64,000 nucleotides of DNA, taken from NCBI GenBank assembly GCA_964612415.1, contig CAZTCT010000001.1, positions 137,949 through 201,948 on the forward strand. The letters run 5' to 3'. The notes beneath the pieces are model-generated. The model had not been told where the DNA came from. It did no database searches and saw nothing but the letters and a program-made list of their open reading frames with translations. Each line of letters opens with the position of its first letter. Position 1 is the first letter of the stretch. Shown here in pieces: positions 28,488 to 38,100 of the stretch. This DNA is from an uncultured Candidatus Saccharibacteria bacterium. Lineage in GTDB: Bacteria; Patescibacteriota; Minisyncoccia; Phycocordibacterales; CAYRGE01. The position numbers and the translations under genes are program-made.

Positions 28488-29099
28488 TTGCGTATGACAG
28501 AAGAAACAAAGAAAATTGAACAAGATACAAAAGGTGGTGCTCAGACGACTGAGAAGCCTACATCTCCTGCGCAAGGATTTGGCGGAAGAGAGCGTGGTCG
28601 TCGTGGCGGACGAGGAGGACGAGGCGGACGAGGAGGCAAAGGGCGGGACAAAGGTGGAGAGCGATACCGTCCAGAGTTTGATCAGAAGATGATCGATATC
28701 CGACGCGTAGCTCGTGTTGTTGCTGGAGGACGCCGCTTTAGCTTCCGGGTTTCTGTGGTTATCGGAAACAGGAAAGGTATGGTAGGCGTTGGTCTTGGCA
28801 AAGCGGGAGACACTTCTCTTGCCATTGATAAAGCTGTTCGCGATGCGCGAAAGAATGCGATCAACATTCAACTTACAAAAGAAATGTCTATCCCTCACAA
28901 GACTGAGGCAAAGTACGCAAGTGCTTCAGTAGAGATACGACCTGCTCCAGGAAAAGGTCTTGTCGCGGGAAGCTCTGTCCGTAGCGTACTTGATCTTGCG
29001 GGGGTAACAAACGTGACCGCAAAGATCCTGACTCGTAGTAAGAACAAGTTGAACAATGCCCGTGTTGCGGTTAAAGCACTCGAGAAGCTTAATGGATAG
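28488..29099 (+). CDS. rpsE: 30S ribosomal protein S5 with Gly/Arg-rich N-terminal extension; no rpmD (L30) follows
   Basis: uS5 core (VARVVAGGRRFSFRVSVVIGN) preceded by (GGR)n repeats. rplO starts 10 nt after its stop. Confidence 0.9.
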   Translation: MRMTEETKKIEQDTKGGAQTTEKPTSPAQGFGGRERGRRGGRGGRGGRGGKGRDKGGERYRPEFDQKMIDIRRVARVVAGGRRFSFRVSVVIGNRKGMVGVGLGKAGDTSLAIDKAVRDARKNAINIQLTKEMSIPHKTEAKYASASVEIRPAPGKGLVAGSSVRSVLDLAGVTNVTAKILTRSKNKLNNARVAVKALEKLNG

Positions 29100-29108
29100 A
29101 TAAAGCCT

Positions 29109-29564
29109 ATGAAAATTCACGATCTCAAAAGACATTCTCCTCTCAGAAAGAAAAAGCTCGTTGGCCGTGGAGGTAAAAGGGGTAAGACTTCTGGAAAGGG
29201 AACGAAAGGACAGAAAGCTCGCGCAGGACGCAAGATGCGCCCGGAATTGCGTGATCTTATCAAAAAGATTCCAAAGCTTCGCGGGTACAAGTTTGCTGGT
29301 GTGGAGAAACAACCCGTAAGTATTGTTAATGTTGCAACTCTGCAGAATGCATTTGCTGACAATGACGCAGTAAATCCGAAGACACTTATTGCGAAAAGGG
29401 CAATTTCTGTACGAAAGGGCACTACGCCAACCGTAAAAATTCTCGGTGACGGGGAACTTTCAAAGAAGCTCTCTGTCTCAGGGTGCCTCGTCTCTTCTTC
29501 TGCTCGTGATAAAATCACAAAGGCAGGAGGCAGTGTTGCGGAAATTGCGAAGGCTGCAAAATAG
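29109..29564 (+). CDS. rplO: 50S ribosomal protein L15
   Basis: GRGGKRGKTSGKGTKGQKARAG matches the uL15 N-terminus. Confidence 0.9.
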   Translation: MKIHDLKRHSPLRKKKLVGRGGKRGKTSGKGTKGQKARAGRKMRPELRDLIKKIPKLRGYKFAGVEKQPVSIVNVATLQNAFADNDAVNPKTLIAKRAISVRKGTTPTVKILGDGELSKKLSVSGCLVSSSARDKITKAGGSVAEIAKAAK

Positions 29565-29582
29565 CCCTTTGTAGACAGTTTT

Positions 29583-30845
29583 ATGCAGGAATTTACTCAC
29601 AAACTGAAAATCATACTTACTGACTCAGATCTACGAAAGCGGCTTTTCTTTGTCGCCGCTGCGCTCATTGTGTTTCGCTTTCTCGCGAACATTCCTATCC
29701 CGGCTGCAGATGGTGCGGCTCTCAATACAGACGGTTTCCTTGGATTTCTTAATATATTGACCGGAGGTGGGTTGTCCGCAATCTCTATTGTCATGCTCGG
29801 AGTAGGGCCGTACATTACCGCATCTATCGTGATGCAGCTTCTTACGGTGATGTCTCCAAAGCTTAAAGCTCTCTATCATGAGGAAGGTGAGGCTGGACGC
29901 CGAAGATTCATACAGTACTCACGTATTTTGACCATCCCACTTGCGATACTCCAAGGATGGGGACTTTTTTACTACCTGCAAACACGAGGCGTGCTTCCTG
30001 CTGAACTTTTGCCTTTTGATGTCTTTGTTAACATCGTCGTAATCGTTGCAGGCTCGCTTCTTTTGATGTGGATCGGAGAGTTGATCTCTGAATTTGGTAT
30101 CGGGAACGGCGTCTCTCTTATCATTTTTGCGGGTATCGTTGCCGCACTTCCTCAAACTCTCGCGCAACTTCAACTTACTTTCGTTGCACAGAGCATTCCT
30201 GTGTATCTCGGCTTTCTTGTAGCAGCATTCTTTATCGTAGCGGCGATCGTAGCTGTAACTGAAGCAGAGCGCCCTGTCCCAGTGACGTATGCTAAACGAG
30301 TAAGAGGGATGAAGGTATACGGAGGCACCTCTACATACTTGCCTTTGCGACTCAATCAAGCTGGCGTGATGCCTATCATTTTTGCGCTTTCATTCCTTAT
30401 CTTTCCGCAGGCATTTGTTAATATCCTTGCCCAGACAGCTTCTGGAGCGGTAAGCACTTTGGCAGGATGGGTAAGCGCCATTCTTTCAAATCAGGTCTTA
30501 TTCTCCATTCTTTATTTTGGTTTGGTCTTTATCTTCACCTTTTTCTACACCGCTGTTACCTTTGATCCAGATGCAATTGCAACAAACTTGCAGAAGAACG
30601 GTGCTTTCATTCCTGGCGTACGTCCAGGCAAGTCCACGGCAGAGTTTCTCGGAAAGGTACTCACACGCATCACCCTTGTTGGGGCGGTATTCTTGGGTAT
30701 CGTTGCAATCTTGCCATTTATCATGATCACAGTTACTGGAGAGCCAAACTTTGCTCTCGGCGGCACCGCACTCCTTATCGTTGTTGCGGTAATTCTTGAC
30801 CTCATCAAGAAAGTTGATGCGCAGATCGCGATGCGAGAGTACTAA
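29583..30845 (+). CDS. secY: Preprotein translocase subunit SecY
   Basis: 10-TM topology with the conserved GIQP-like plug/hinge region. 420 aa. Canonical position after rplO. Confidence 0.95.
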   Translation: MQEFTHKLKIILTDSDLRKRLFFVAAALIVFRFLANIPIPAADGAALNTDGFLGFLNILTGGGLSAISIVMLGVGPYITASIVMQLLTVMSPKLKALYHEEGEAGRRRFIQYSRILTIPLAILQGWGLFYYLQTRGVLPAELLPFDVFVNIVVIVAGSLLLMWIGELISEFGIGNGVSLIIFAGIVAALPQTLAQLQLTFVAQSIPVYLGFLVAAFFIVAAIVAVTEAERPVPVTYAKRVRGMKVYGGTSTYLPLRLNQAGVMPIIFALSFLIFPQAFVNILAQTASGAVSTLAGWVSAILSNQVLFSILYFGLVFIFTFFYTAVTFDPDAIATNLQKNGAFIPGVRPGKSTAEFLGKVLTRITLVGAVFLGIVAILPFIMITVTGEPNFALGGTALLIVVAVILDLIKKVDAQIAMREY

Positions 30846-30918
30846 TTTGTGTGCATTAGGGGTGCCACTTTCTATCTGCTACAATGGCAGTAGCGCCTCA
30901 TAAAAAAGGCGATTTACT

Positions 30919-31512
30919 ATGCATCCACAAGCTTTTATATTTTTCGGAATGTCGGGGTCTGGCAAAGGCACCCAAGCAAAACTTCTCAATGAATATCTCA
31001 AAGAGACCACCAAACGGGAGGTTCTCTATATTGAGACAGGGCAAAAGCTGCGCGAGTTCAAAGAGAATGAGAATCTCACCAGTCTCTTGGTTAGAGATAT
31101 TATGGATCACGGGGGTCTTATTCCTGAATTCTTGCCAATTTATCTTTGGACGGAGTTCTTAGTGCACCACTTTAGCGGCAATGAACACCTCCTTCTAGAC
31201 GGACTTTGTCGTCGCATTGATGAGGCACCTGTCCTTACGTCTGCGCTGAAGTTCTATGGCTTTAAAAGCCCATGTGTCATCTTTCTTAAAGTCTCTGACG
31301 AAACAGCATACAATCATATGAAAGCACGACAGAGGAAAGACGATACAGATGAGTATATAAAGAGCAGACTTTCTTGGTTTGGGCAGGAGGTTATGCCCGC
31401 GATAAACTATTTGAAGAAAAATGATTACTATAATTTCATTGAGGTTAACGGAGAGCAATCAATTGAAGACGTACACAAGGAAATCATAAGCAAAATTGTG
31501 ATGCCGGATTAA
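30919..31512 (+). CDS. adk: Adenylate kinase (short form)
   Basis: P-loop FFGMSGSGKGTQAKLL, in the conserved secY-adk-map arrangement. Confidence 0.75.
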   Translation: MHPQAFIFFGMSGSGKGTQAKLLNEYLKETTKREVLYIETGQKLREFKENENLTSLLVRDIMDHGGLIPEFLPIYLWTEFLVHHFSGNEHLLLDGLCRRIDEAPVLTSALKFYGFKSPCVIFLKVSDETAYNHMKARQRKDDTDEYIKSRLSWFGQEVMPAINYLKKNDYYNFIEVNGEQSIEDVHKEIISKIVMPD

Positions 31513-31513
31513 C

Positions 31514-32281
31514 ATGGGAATCGTTAAGACAAAAGAAGAAATTGAACATATTCGCGAAAGCGGCAGGCGTCTTGCTACTGTTTTAAAGGAGGTAATCTCT
31601 GCGACAAAGATAGGGGTGTCAACAAAAGACCTTGATGCGCTTGCAGAGCGGCTCATTCGCGAAGGTGGAGATACTCCTTCCTTTTTGCACTATCAGCCTG
31701 ATGGTGCTGAATATCCGTATCCAGCAACACTGTGTGTCTCTGTAAATGATGAGGTTGTTCATGGGATCCCTGGGGAGTATGTATTGCAAGACGGGGATAT
31801 TGTGGGACTTGATCTGGGACTCTGTCACAATGGCTTTCATACTGATATGGCCGAAACAGTCATCGTAGGGAATGCGCCAAGCGATCGTGTCGAAGCCCTT
31901 GTAAAAGCCACCAAGGAATCATTAAAGCTTGGGATTCAAGCTGCGCGTGCGGGCAATAAGGTCGGAGATATAGGAAGTGCGATAGAACAGGTGGTGCAAA
32001 AGACCGGATTTGGCATTGTGGAAGAGCTTGGGGGTCATGGTATTGGGAAAGACGTACACGAAGAGCCATTTGTTGCAAACTTCGGCACTGAAGGCACGGG
32101 GGTAGATCTCGTCTCCGGTATGGTACTTGCCATTGAGCCTATTGTGACGGAAGGGTCCCCGCGTGTTTTTTTGGATAAGGATGGGTATACATTCAAGACT
32201 CGTGATGGCAAACGTGCCGCACACTTTGAGCGGACTATTTTAGTGCGTGATGGTGCGCCAGAAATACTCACACCACTCTAA
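31514..32281 (+). CDS. map: Methionine aminopeptidase type I
   Basis: Pita-bread fold motifs (VHGIPG, DIVGLDLG, GHGIG). 255 aa. Confidence 0.9.
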   Translation: MGIVKTKEEIEHIRESGRRLATVLKEVISATKIGVSTKDLDALAERLIREGGDTPSFLHYQPDGAEYPYPATLCVSVNDEVVHGIPGEYVLQDGDIVGLDLGLCHNGFHTDMAETVIVGNAPSDRVEALVKATKESLKLGIQAARAGNKVGDIGSAIEQVVQKTGFGIVEELGGHGIGKDVHEEPFVANFGTEGTGVDLVSGMVLAIEPIVTEGSPRVFLDKDGYTFKTRDGKRAAHFERTILVRDGAPEILTPL

Positions 32282-32316
32282 TCTCTTTTGATATAAGTGG
32301 GCTATAATAGGAAGCA

Positions 32317-35079
32317 ATGGCATCTCAAAATTTTGAGCGTCCTTCGCAGCCACTTGCATCGCCTTCTGCTGAGGTGGAGTACTTAAGGCAGGGCGTGCAC
32401 AACAAAGAGCGCGCATACAGAAAAGAAGGGCAATCCTTTGAGCGTCCAGCTGTTGCCCGTGAAGTTGTTAAGGCATATGAAGCAGCGCCTGTTTCTTCGG
32501 TGCTGGATTCTTCGCTTGCAATGAAACGAAGTGAGATTGAAAAATCTGTGCTCCATCTCTCAGCTTCTCATGAAGAAAATGTTGAGAAACTTGCTTCTAT
32601 TATGGAAACAAAGGGAGTGAAGAATGCACTTGAGGTTGCGAAGCGGGCAGGCAATCCCCATCTTGAAGACGATTTCCATCGCTTTCTCATTCAATATCTT
32701 GTAGAAAACGGATCAATCGCGGGACTCAAAGAAGGGACGCCTCTTTTCAAAGCACTTCACATGAAGCTCTTTGAAGTCATTTTGCCGCATACAGATGATG
32801 CAGGGCGTGATAGAAGATTTTCTGAAATAGTATCAGCGATGGAGCAGTTTTATGCGGGGATGCTCTCAGTGTCTGATCAGGGAGAGAAGCTCAAGCAGCA
32901 CTTTACTATTGAACTTGCGCTTTCAAACTATACAGATGAGATGGTGTTGTACTCTGCAATACCCGGACACAAAGCAGAAATGTTCCAGAAACATCTCTTT
33001 GCTATTTTCCCAGATGCACGCATTACAGAGCGCAGAGAAGATTACAATCCTTTTAATTCCAACGGTATTTCGCTTGGCGCGGTTGGGAGATTCGCGGCGT
33101 CACCGCTGTTGCCTATTAAGACATATGAGTCTTTTGATGCTGATCCACTCAACGTCATTCTCAATGCGTTCTCAAAGATGAAGAAAGACGGGGAAGGGGC
33201 TGCAATACAGATTGTCATTGCACCTGCGGGAGATAAATTCAACAAACTTTATGAGTCTGCGGCGGAGAAGCTTAAGAAGGGTGCGTCGCTTAAAGAGGTG
33301 AGTGCTTCTGCAGGGGCAACCGTTGCGAAAGAATTTCTCGGCACCGCGCGCGATATGTTTTTTGGTTCCAAGACTCCAACCAAAGAAGAATCTAAAGAAG
33401 TAAATCAAAAAGCTGTAGAAGGAGTTACTGCCAAGATCTCTGCACCTATTGTATCGGTCAATATTCGTGTCGTTACATCCGCGGAGACGGAGTTGCGCGC
33501 CAGGACTATTCTTGAAAATCTTATCTCCGCATTCAATCAGTTCAATAATACCAATGGGAATTCATTCACATTTACTCCTTTAGGCAAAAAAGATGTTTCG
33601 CCACTTTTACACCAATTCACCTTCCGACTTTTTTCAGAGGACGAGAGTTTGCCGCTCAATACAAAAGAGTTAACCACGATATTCCATTTTCCGTCTGTTG
33701 GAGTGAAATCATCAGAGCTGAAGTATGCAAAAGTGAAATCATCCGCAGCTCCTCACGGGGCATCGGGGGAGGGCATTCTTTTGGGGGTGAACAATCATCA
33801 AGGCGTGCGTAATGAAATCCACTTTGCCCCAGAAGATAGGATGCGGCACTTCTATGTAATCGGTCAGACTGGCACAGGAAAGACCACACTTCTCAAGAAC
33901 ATGATTATACAAGACATAGAGGCAGGAGCTGGTGTCTGTATGATAGACCCACATGGAAGCGATATTGATGATATATTGGCGGCAATCCCACCTCATCGTG
34001 TGGACGATGTGGTCTACTTTGACCCTGCAAGCCCAATTCCTATGGGGCTTAACATGCTTGAATATGATCCTGCTCACCCAGAACAAAAGACTTTTGTAGT
34101 AAACGAGCTACTTTCTATATTTCAGAAACTCTATGCCAGTTCACCTGAATCAATGGGGCCAATGTTTGAGCAATATTTTCGCAATGCCACCATGCTTGTG
34201 ATTGAAGATCCGAGTACGGGTAGCACGCTGCTCGAGGTTTCTCGCGTGCTGTCTGATGCAAAGTTCCGCGCACTCAAACTCTCGCGTTGCCACAATCCTG
34301 TTGTCCTACAGTTTTGGAACGAGATTGCGTCCAAGTCTTCAGGGGAAGCCGCACTTGCCAATATCGTTCCTTACATCACCAACAAGTTTGATGTATTTCT
34401 CGCCAATGACATCATGAGGCCGATCATTGCCCAAGAAAAATCCGCGTTTAACTTCAGACAGATCATGGATGAGCGCAAGATATTCTTAGTCAATCTTGCA
34501 AAGGGGCGCATTGGAGACATCAACTCGCAACTTCTCGGACTCATTTTGGTAGGAAAAATTCTTATGGCGGCACTCTCTCGTGTAGATGCGCAAGAGCGTC
34601 CAGACTTCTATCTCTATATAGATGAATTTCAGAATGTCACGACCGATTCTATTGCAACGATTTTGTCTGAAGCCCGCAAATACAGGCTCGGGCTCAATGT
34701 CGCGCACCAATTCATTGCTCAATTGGTAGATCGTATTCGCGACGCTGTTTTTGGTAACGTGGGTTCTATGGCGGTATTTCGCGTGGGCACTGAAGATGCG
34801 CAATTCTTGGAAAAACAATTTTCTCCCACCTTTACTGCTCGTGATATCATGAATCTTGAGAACAGGAATGCGTACATGAAGATGCTTGTGAATGGGCAAC
34901 CGGAAGCACCTTTTAATATTGAGACCTTACCGCCTCCAAAAGGGGACATGGCGCTTGTGGCGAAGCTCAAAGAGATCTCATCGCTTACTTATGGACGTGA
35001 TAGGCAGGAGGTAGAGGCAGAAATCGCGAAAAAATACCAAAAAGCCCCTCCCGCACAGCCTTCCCAGCAAGGGGCTTGA
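32317..35079 (+). CDS. Large P-loop ATPase, conjugative coupling protein-like (TraG/TraD/VirD4, TrwB_AAD_bind/AAA_10 type) with approximately 500-aa N-terminal domain of unknown function and no predicted TM anchor
   Basis: Walker A GQTGTGKTT. 22 aa downstream is IDPHGS, resembling the x-DPKG-D of type IV coupling proteins. Walker B is YIDEFQNV, then SEARKYRLGLNVAHQF. The N-terminal half is hydrophilic with no TM helix. Confidence 0.5.
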   Translation: MASQNFERPSQPLASPSAEVEYLRQGVHNKERAYRKEGQSFERPAVAREVVKAYEAAPVSSVLDSSLAMKRSEIEKSVLHLSASHEENVEKLASIMETKGVKNALEVAKRAGNPHLEDDFHRFLIQYLVENGSIAGLKEGTPLFKALHMKLFEVILPHTDDAGRDRRFSEIVSAMEQFYAGMLSVSDQGEKLKQHFTIELALSNYTDEMVLYSAIPGHKAEMFQKHLFAIFPDARITERREDYNPFNSNGISLGAVGRFAASPLLPIKTYESFDADPLNVILNAFSKMKKDGEGAAIQIVIAPAGDKFNKLYESAAEKLKKGASLKEVSASAGATVAKEFLGTARDMFFGSKTPTKEESKEVNQKAVEGVTAKISAPIVSVNIRVVTSAETELRARTILENLISAFNQFNNTNGNSFTFTPLGKKDVSPLLHQFTFRLFSEDESLPLNTKELTTIFHFPSVGVKSSELKYAKVKSSAAPHGASGEGILLGVNNHQGVRNEIHFAPEDRMRHFYVIGQTGTGKTTLLKNMIIQDIEAGAGVCMIDPHGSDIDDILAAIPPHRVDDVVYFDPASPIPMGLNMLEYDPAHPEQKTFVVNELLSIFQKLYASSPESMGPMFEQYFRNATMLVIEDPSTGSTLLEVSRVLSDAKFRALKLSRCHNPVVLQFWNEIASKSSGEAALANIVPYITNKFDVFLANDIMRPIIAQEKSAFNFRQIMDERKIFLVNLAKGRIGDINSQLLGLILVGKILMAALSRVDAQERPDFYLYIDEFQNVTTDSIATILSEARKYRLGLNVAHQFIAQLVDRIRDAVFGNVGSMAVFRVGTEDAQFLEKQFSPTFTARDIMNLENRNAYMKMLVNGQPEAPFNIETLPPPKGDMALVAKLKEISSLTYGRDRQEVEAEIAKKYQKAPPAQPSQQGA

Positions 35080-35114
35080 TAAATATTAATTAATGTGATA
35101 TAATTAAAAACAAT

Positions 35115-38100
35115 ATGAGTATGGAAGGAAGGCCAAGGATGCCATCAGAAGAGACCCCAGAAGGGAGTGGAATGACTCCTGAAGATACTAATTTAGAGAA
35201 TACTGAACGTGTTGAGCCCGATCTCCACGGGGCCGCTGAAGAGATTTTAGAACAAAGGGGTGAAACTGGAATTGAAGTTCCAGTTATTTCTGTTGGAGAT
35301 GAAGCGCAAGAAGATCCAGAGGGAGGTGTTTTAGAAGGAGAAGCTCTTGATAATGCTTTGCGAGAAGCGTTGCACGGAGATGACGCAAGGTTTGAGCAGA
35401 ATGTTCAGATAGAAACAGGTGAAATTGCTCCGGTTCAAGGAGAGCATAACGACAAGTATGTACTTCATGAAGAAAATGGAGCTCGTGTCTGGCGTAAAAA
35501 TAACGGAGATGAATCTACTCCAATACAAGAGGGGACTCCTGATGCGCAAAACGGATCAGAAGCACTTATAAACGACGGAGCGCTTGAAGGACAAGAAGAA
35601 GGTGAGGGTACACCTATTGATGCGGATGCCGAAAAGGCACAAGAACCGGCGGTGAGCAAGGAAGAAGTCTCAGCTACCCCAGAAAGTATAGAACGAGAAC
35701 CAGGGTCTCTCGCTGTTGCGCTTGAAGAGACCGCACAGAGTGTTGTTGCAGAAAAACAAGAACGGATGGAGGAGGCCCTCTCTCCTGAACAAATAGCGAC
35801 ACCAGAATATGCCAAGAAGGCAATTGATCACGAACTTGCTCGTTTAGGTATAAACCCGGAGGACATTGCAAAAGACGAAGCTTTCAAAGAATTTAACGAA
35901 CTCTCAGATGGACAGAAGCTTCTTGTTGCGCGCGATCTCAATAGATTTGCTTTCTCTGAATCAAAAATAAAAGCGCACGAGGAATTTAATAAGAGAAACC
36001 AGGAAGAAGGTGTTTTGAATGTAAAGAGAATTGCCCGCAATGTATTCCGCAACGTTAATATCGCTTCGTACCGGAAAGCGGAACTTAAAAAAGCGATGGC
36101 AGGGGGTGTGGGTATGCACGGAGAGACACTCAAAGTTCTTGCAGAAAAAGCCAAGATTGGTCCTGAGGTAGAGATTGACTCAGCGGGGAATCTCAATGTT
36201 CAGTATGCAAAACTTGAAGGCCTTTCTGCTGAAGAACAGAAGGTTGTGAGATTTTACAACAAAGTTGCAGGTAATTATGGCCGAACTCCTGCTGAGTGGG
36301 GCAACAAGAGCGCAACGAATGAGCAGAAAATGGAGTATTGGGCGAATAAAGAGGAGTACAACAGGGCAAGAAAAGAACTCTTGGCCCTTAAAGAGGCGAA
36401 GAGTTCTTCTGAAGATGCCATGCAGTATGTGAATAGTCTTGATGCTCTTGTAACACAGGACCAGTTTTTAAATACAGTCTCAGGAGAGAAACTTGAAGAA
36501 TCAATGCAAAGAGCTGCGACAGGGAGTGCTCTATGGCAAGGGTGGAAGGAAACGATTACTGAGAGAGGCATGTATGCCGCAGTTGGTGCGGGGACACGCT
36601 TTGCTGTTGTAGGTGCATTGGGGATTGCTGCTGTCCCAGTGATGGGTGCTACAGTTGCGCCTGTTGCCGTAGGAGCTATTGCTGCTTCTGCGCTTGTGGG
36701 ACGATGGATTGGGCGAAGACGCATGAGACAAACTCTAGATGAAAAAGAGATGCTTCGCCGCCATGGAGACAAGGCGTCTGAAGAGCAGAAAAATGTCTGG
36801 AAGGACAAACTTGCAAAGACAACTCGTGCAACAGACGGAGGGGATATCGAAAGTTATAAAAAGGGAGCGAATGAGCGTGGCAAAATCTTGGAGAAGCGCT
36901 ATGCAGAGCGGGGTATTACCGTTTCTGCAGAAGCGCTTGATGACAAGCTTGGGTTAGCTTTTGCGCAATTTGAGAAGGAGGAAGATCCTAAAAAGCGCAG
37001 TAAGGCGCTGGTATCTTTACGTGCACGTATTGGCTATACACAAGACAAGATCGATAAAGGGGAGGTTAACTTTGGCAATGGCGTAGACCAGCTTAAAAAT
37101 CAACTTGACCTCATTCAGGGGCTCTCAAGAGCACGCGCTCACTCAGTGATAGAAGACCCTGACGTTAAAAAAGAACTTGACGAGAAGATGGGCGAGCTTA
37201 CGAAGTATCAGGGGCACATGCGCAGCCGAGTTGAACAAGCCGAGAAGAAGAGGATCAACGCTGCGGGGAGGACAGGGGCTCTTATTGCAGCTACATTTAC
37301 TGGTGCATCTTATGCAATTACAGACTTTGTTATGTCTGGGAAAGGCGCTAACCTTGCAGATAATGCAAAGGAGTTTGCTGGGCATTTGAAAGCAAAACTT
37401 CCATATGGGCTTGGAGACGAAGAGCTCCACCGAGAGCTTGAGAGTTCAGCTGCTCGAGTCTATAACCCAGGTTCAGAGAATGGGAGCAATCTTTGGAATA
37501 TGATAGAACACGATCTTCGGGGAGATCTCAAAGGACTTGAGGGACATGAACGCGATGCCGTTATCATGGCTGGCTTGAATAAGTTTCGTGAACTTACCCC
37601 AGAGCAACTCAAAGAGATTGGTTTTTCATCAGCAAGTGGAGAAAATAATGTTGAGAATATATTAAAACTTGTGAGACCTACAGATCGCATTAATTTTTCG
37701 CGAGTTTACAATACAGCAGATCTGCACAATATTCTTGGACGTATGCACGCAGTGGCTCTTGAGAAGGGGGAAATGCCAGTCCCGGCGACAGGTTCTTCTG
37801 TTGTGGCAGAGAGTGCCACTTCATCTGGTACGCCAACTGCCCCAGCTCATGTGCCTAGTGGGGGGAAGGCGCCTTCTGTGAGCGAACTACCTTCGTCTGC
37901 AGGCAAAAGCGTACCACCTGAAGCTGCTGACATGCCACTTACGACACAGCGCGCTATTCCATCAGAGCCAAAAGGGAATGGTTCTATATTTAGTACTGAC
38001 GAGATTGAAAAGTATCGAGGATCAGGCGGCGGGAAAGTTGAACAAGTTGCGTATACTCCTCGGACTCCACAGGAAATCGTCAAAATCCCATCAAGTGATT

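Noticed and set aside
27915-28898. 327-aa minus-strand ORF spanning rplF-rplR-rpsE
   Set aside because: Antisense to three conserved r-protein genes. The Ser/Cys/Leu-rich translation has no domain features. Classic long shadow ORF.
36275-36808. 177-aa minus-strand ORF inside the 1423-aa giant gene
   Set aside because: It is antisense to the region encoding the TM hairpin of the giant protein and its Ala/Pro/Thr-rich translation mirrors that. No independent start signals. The plus-strand ORF is continuous for 4.3 kb.
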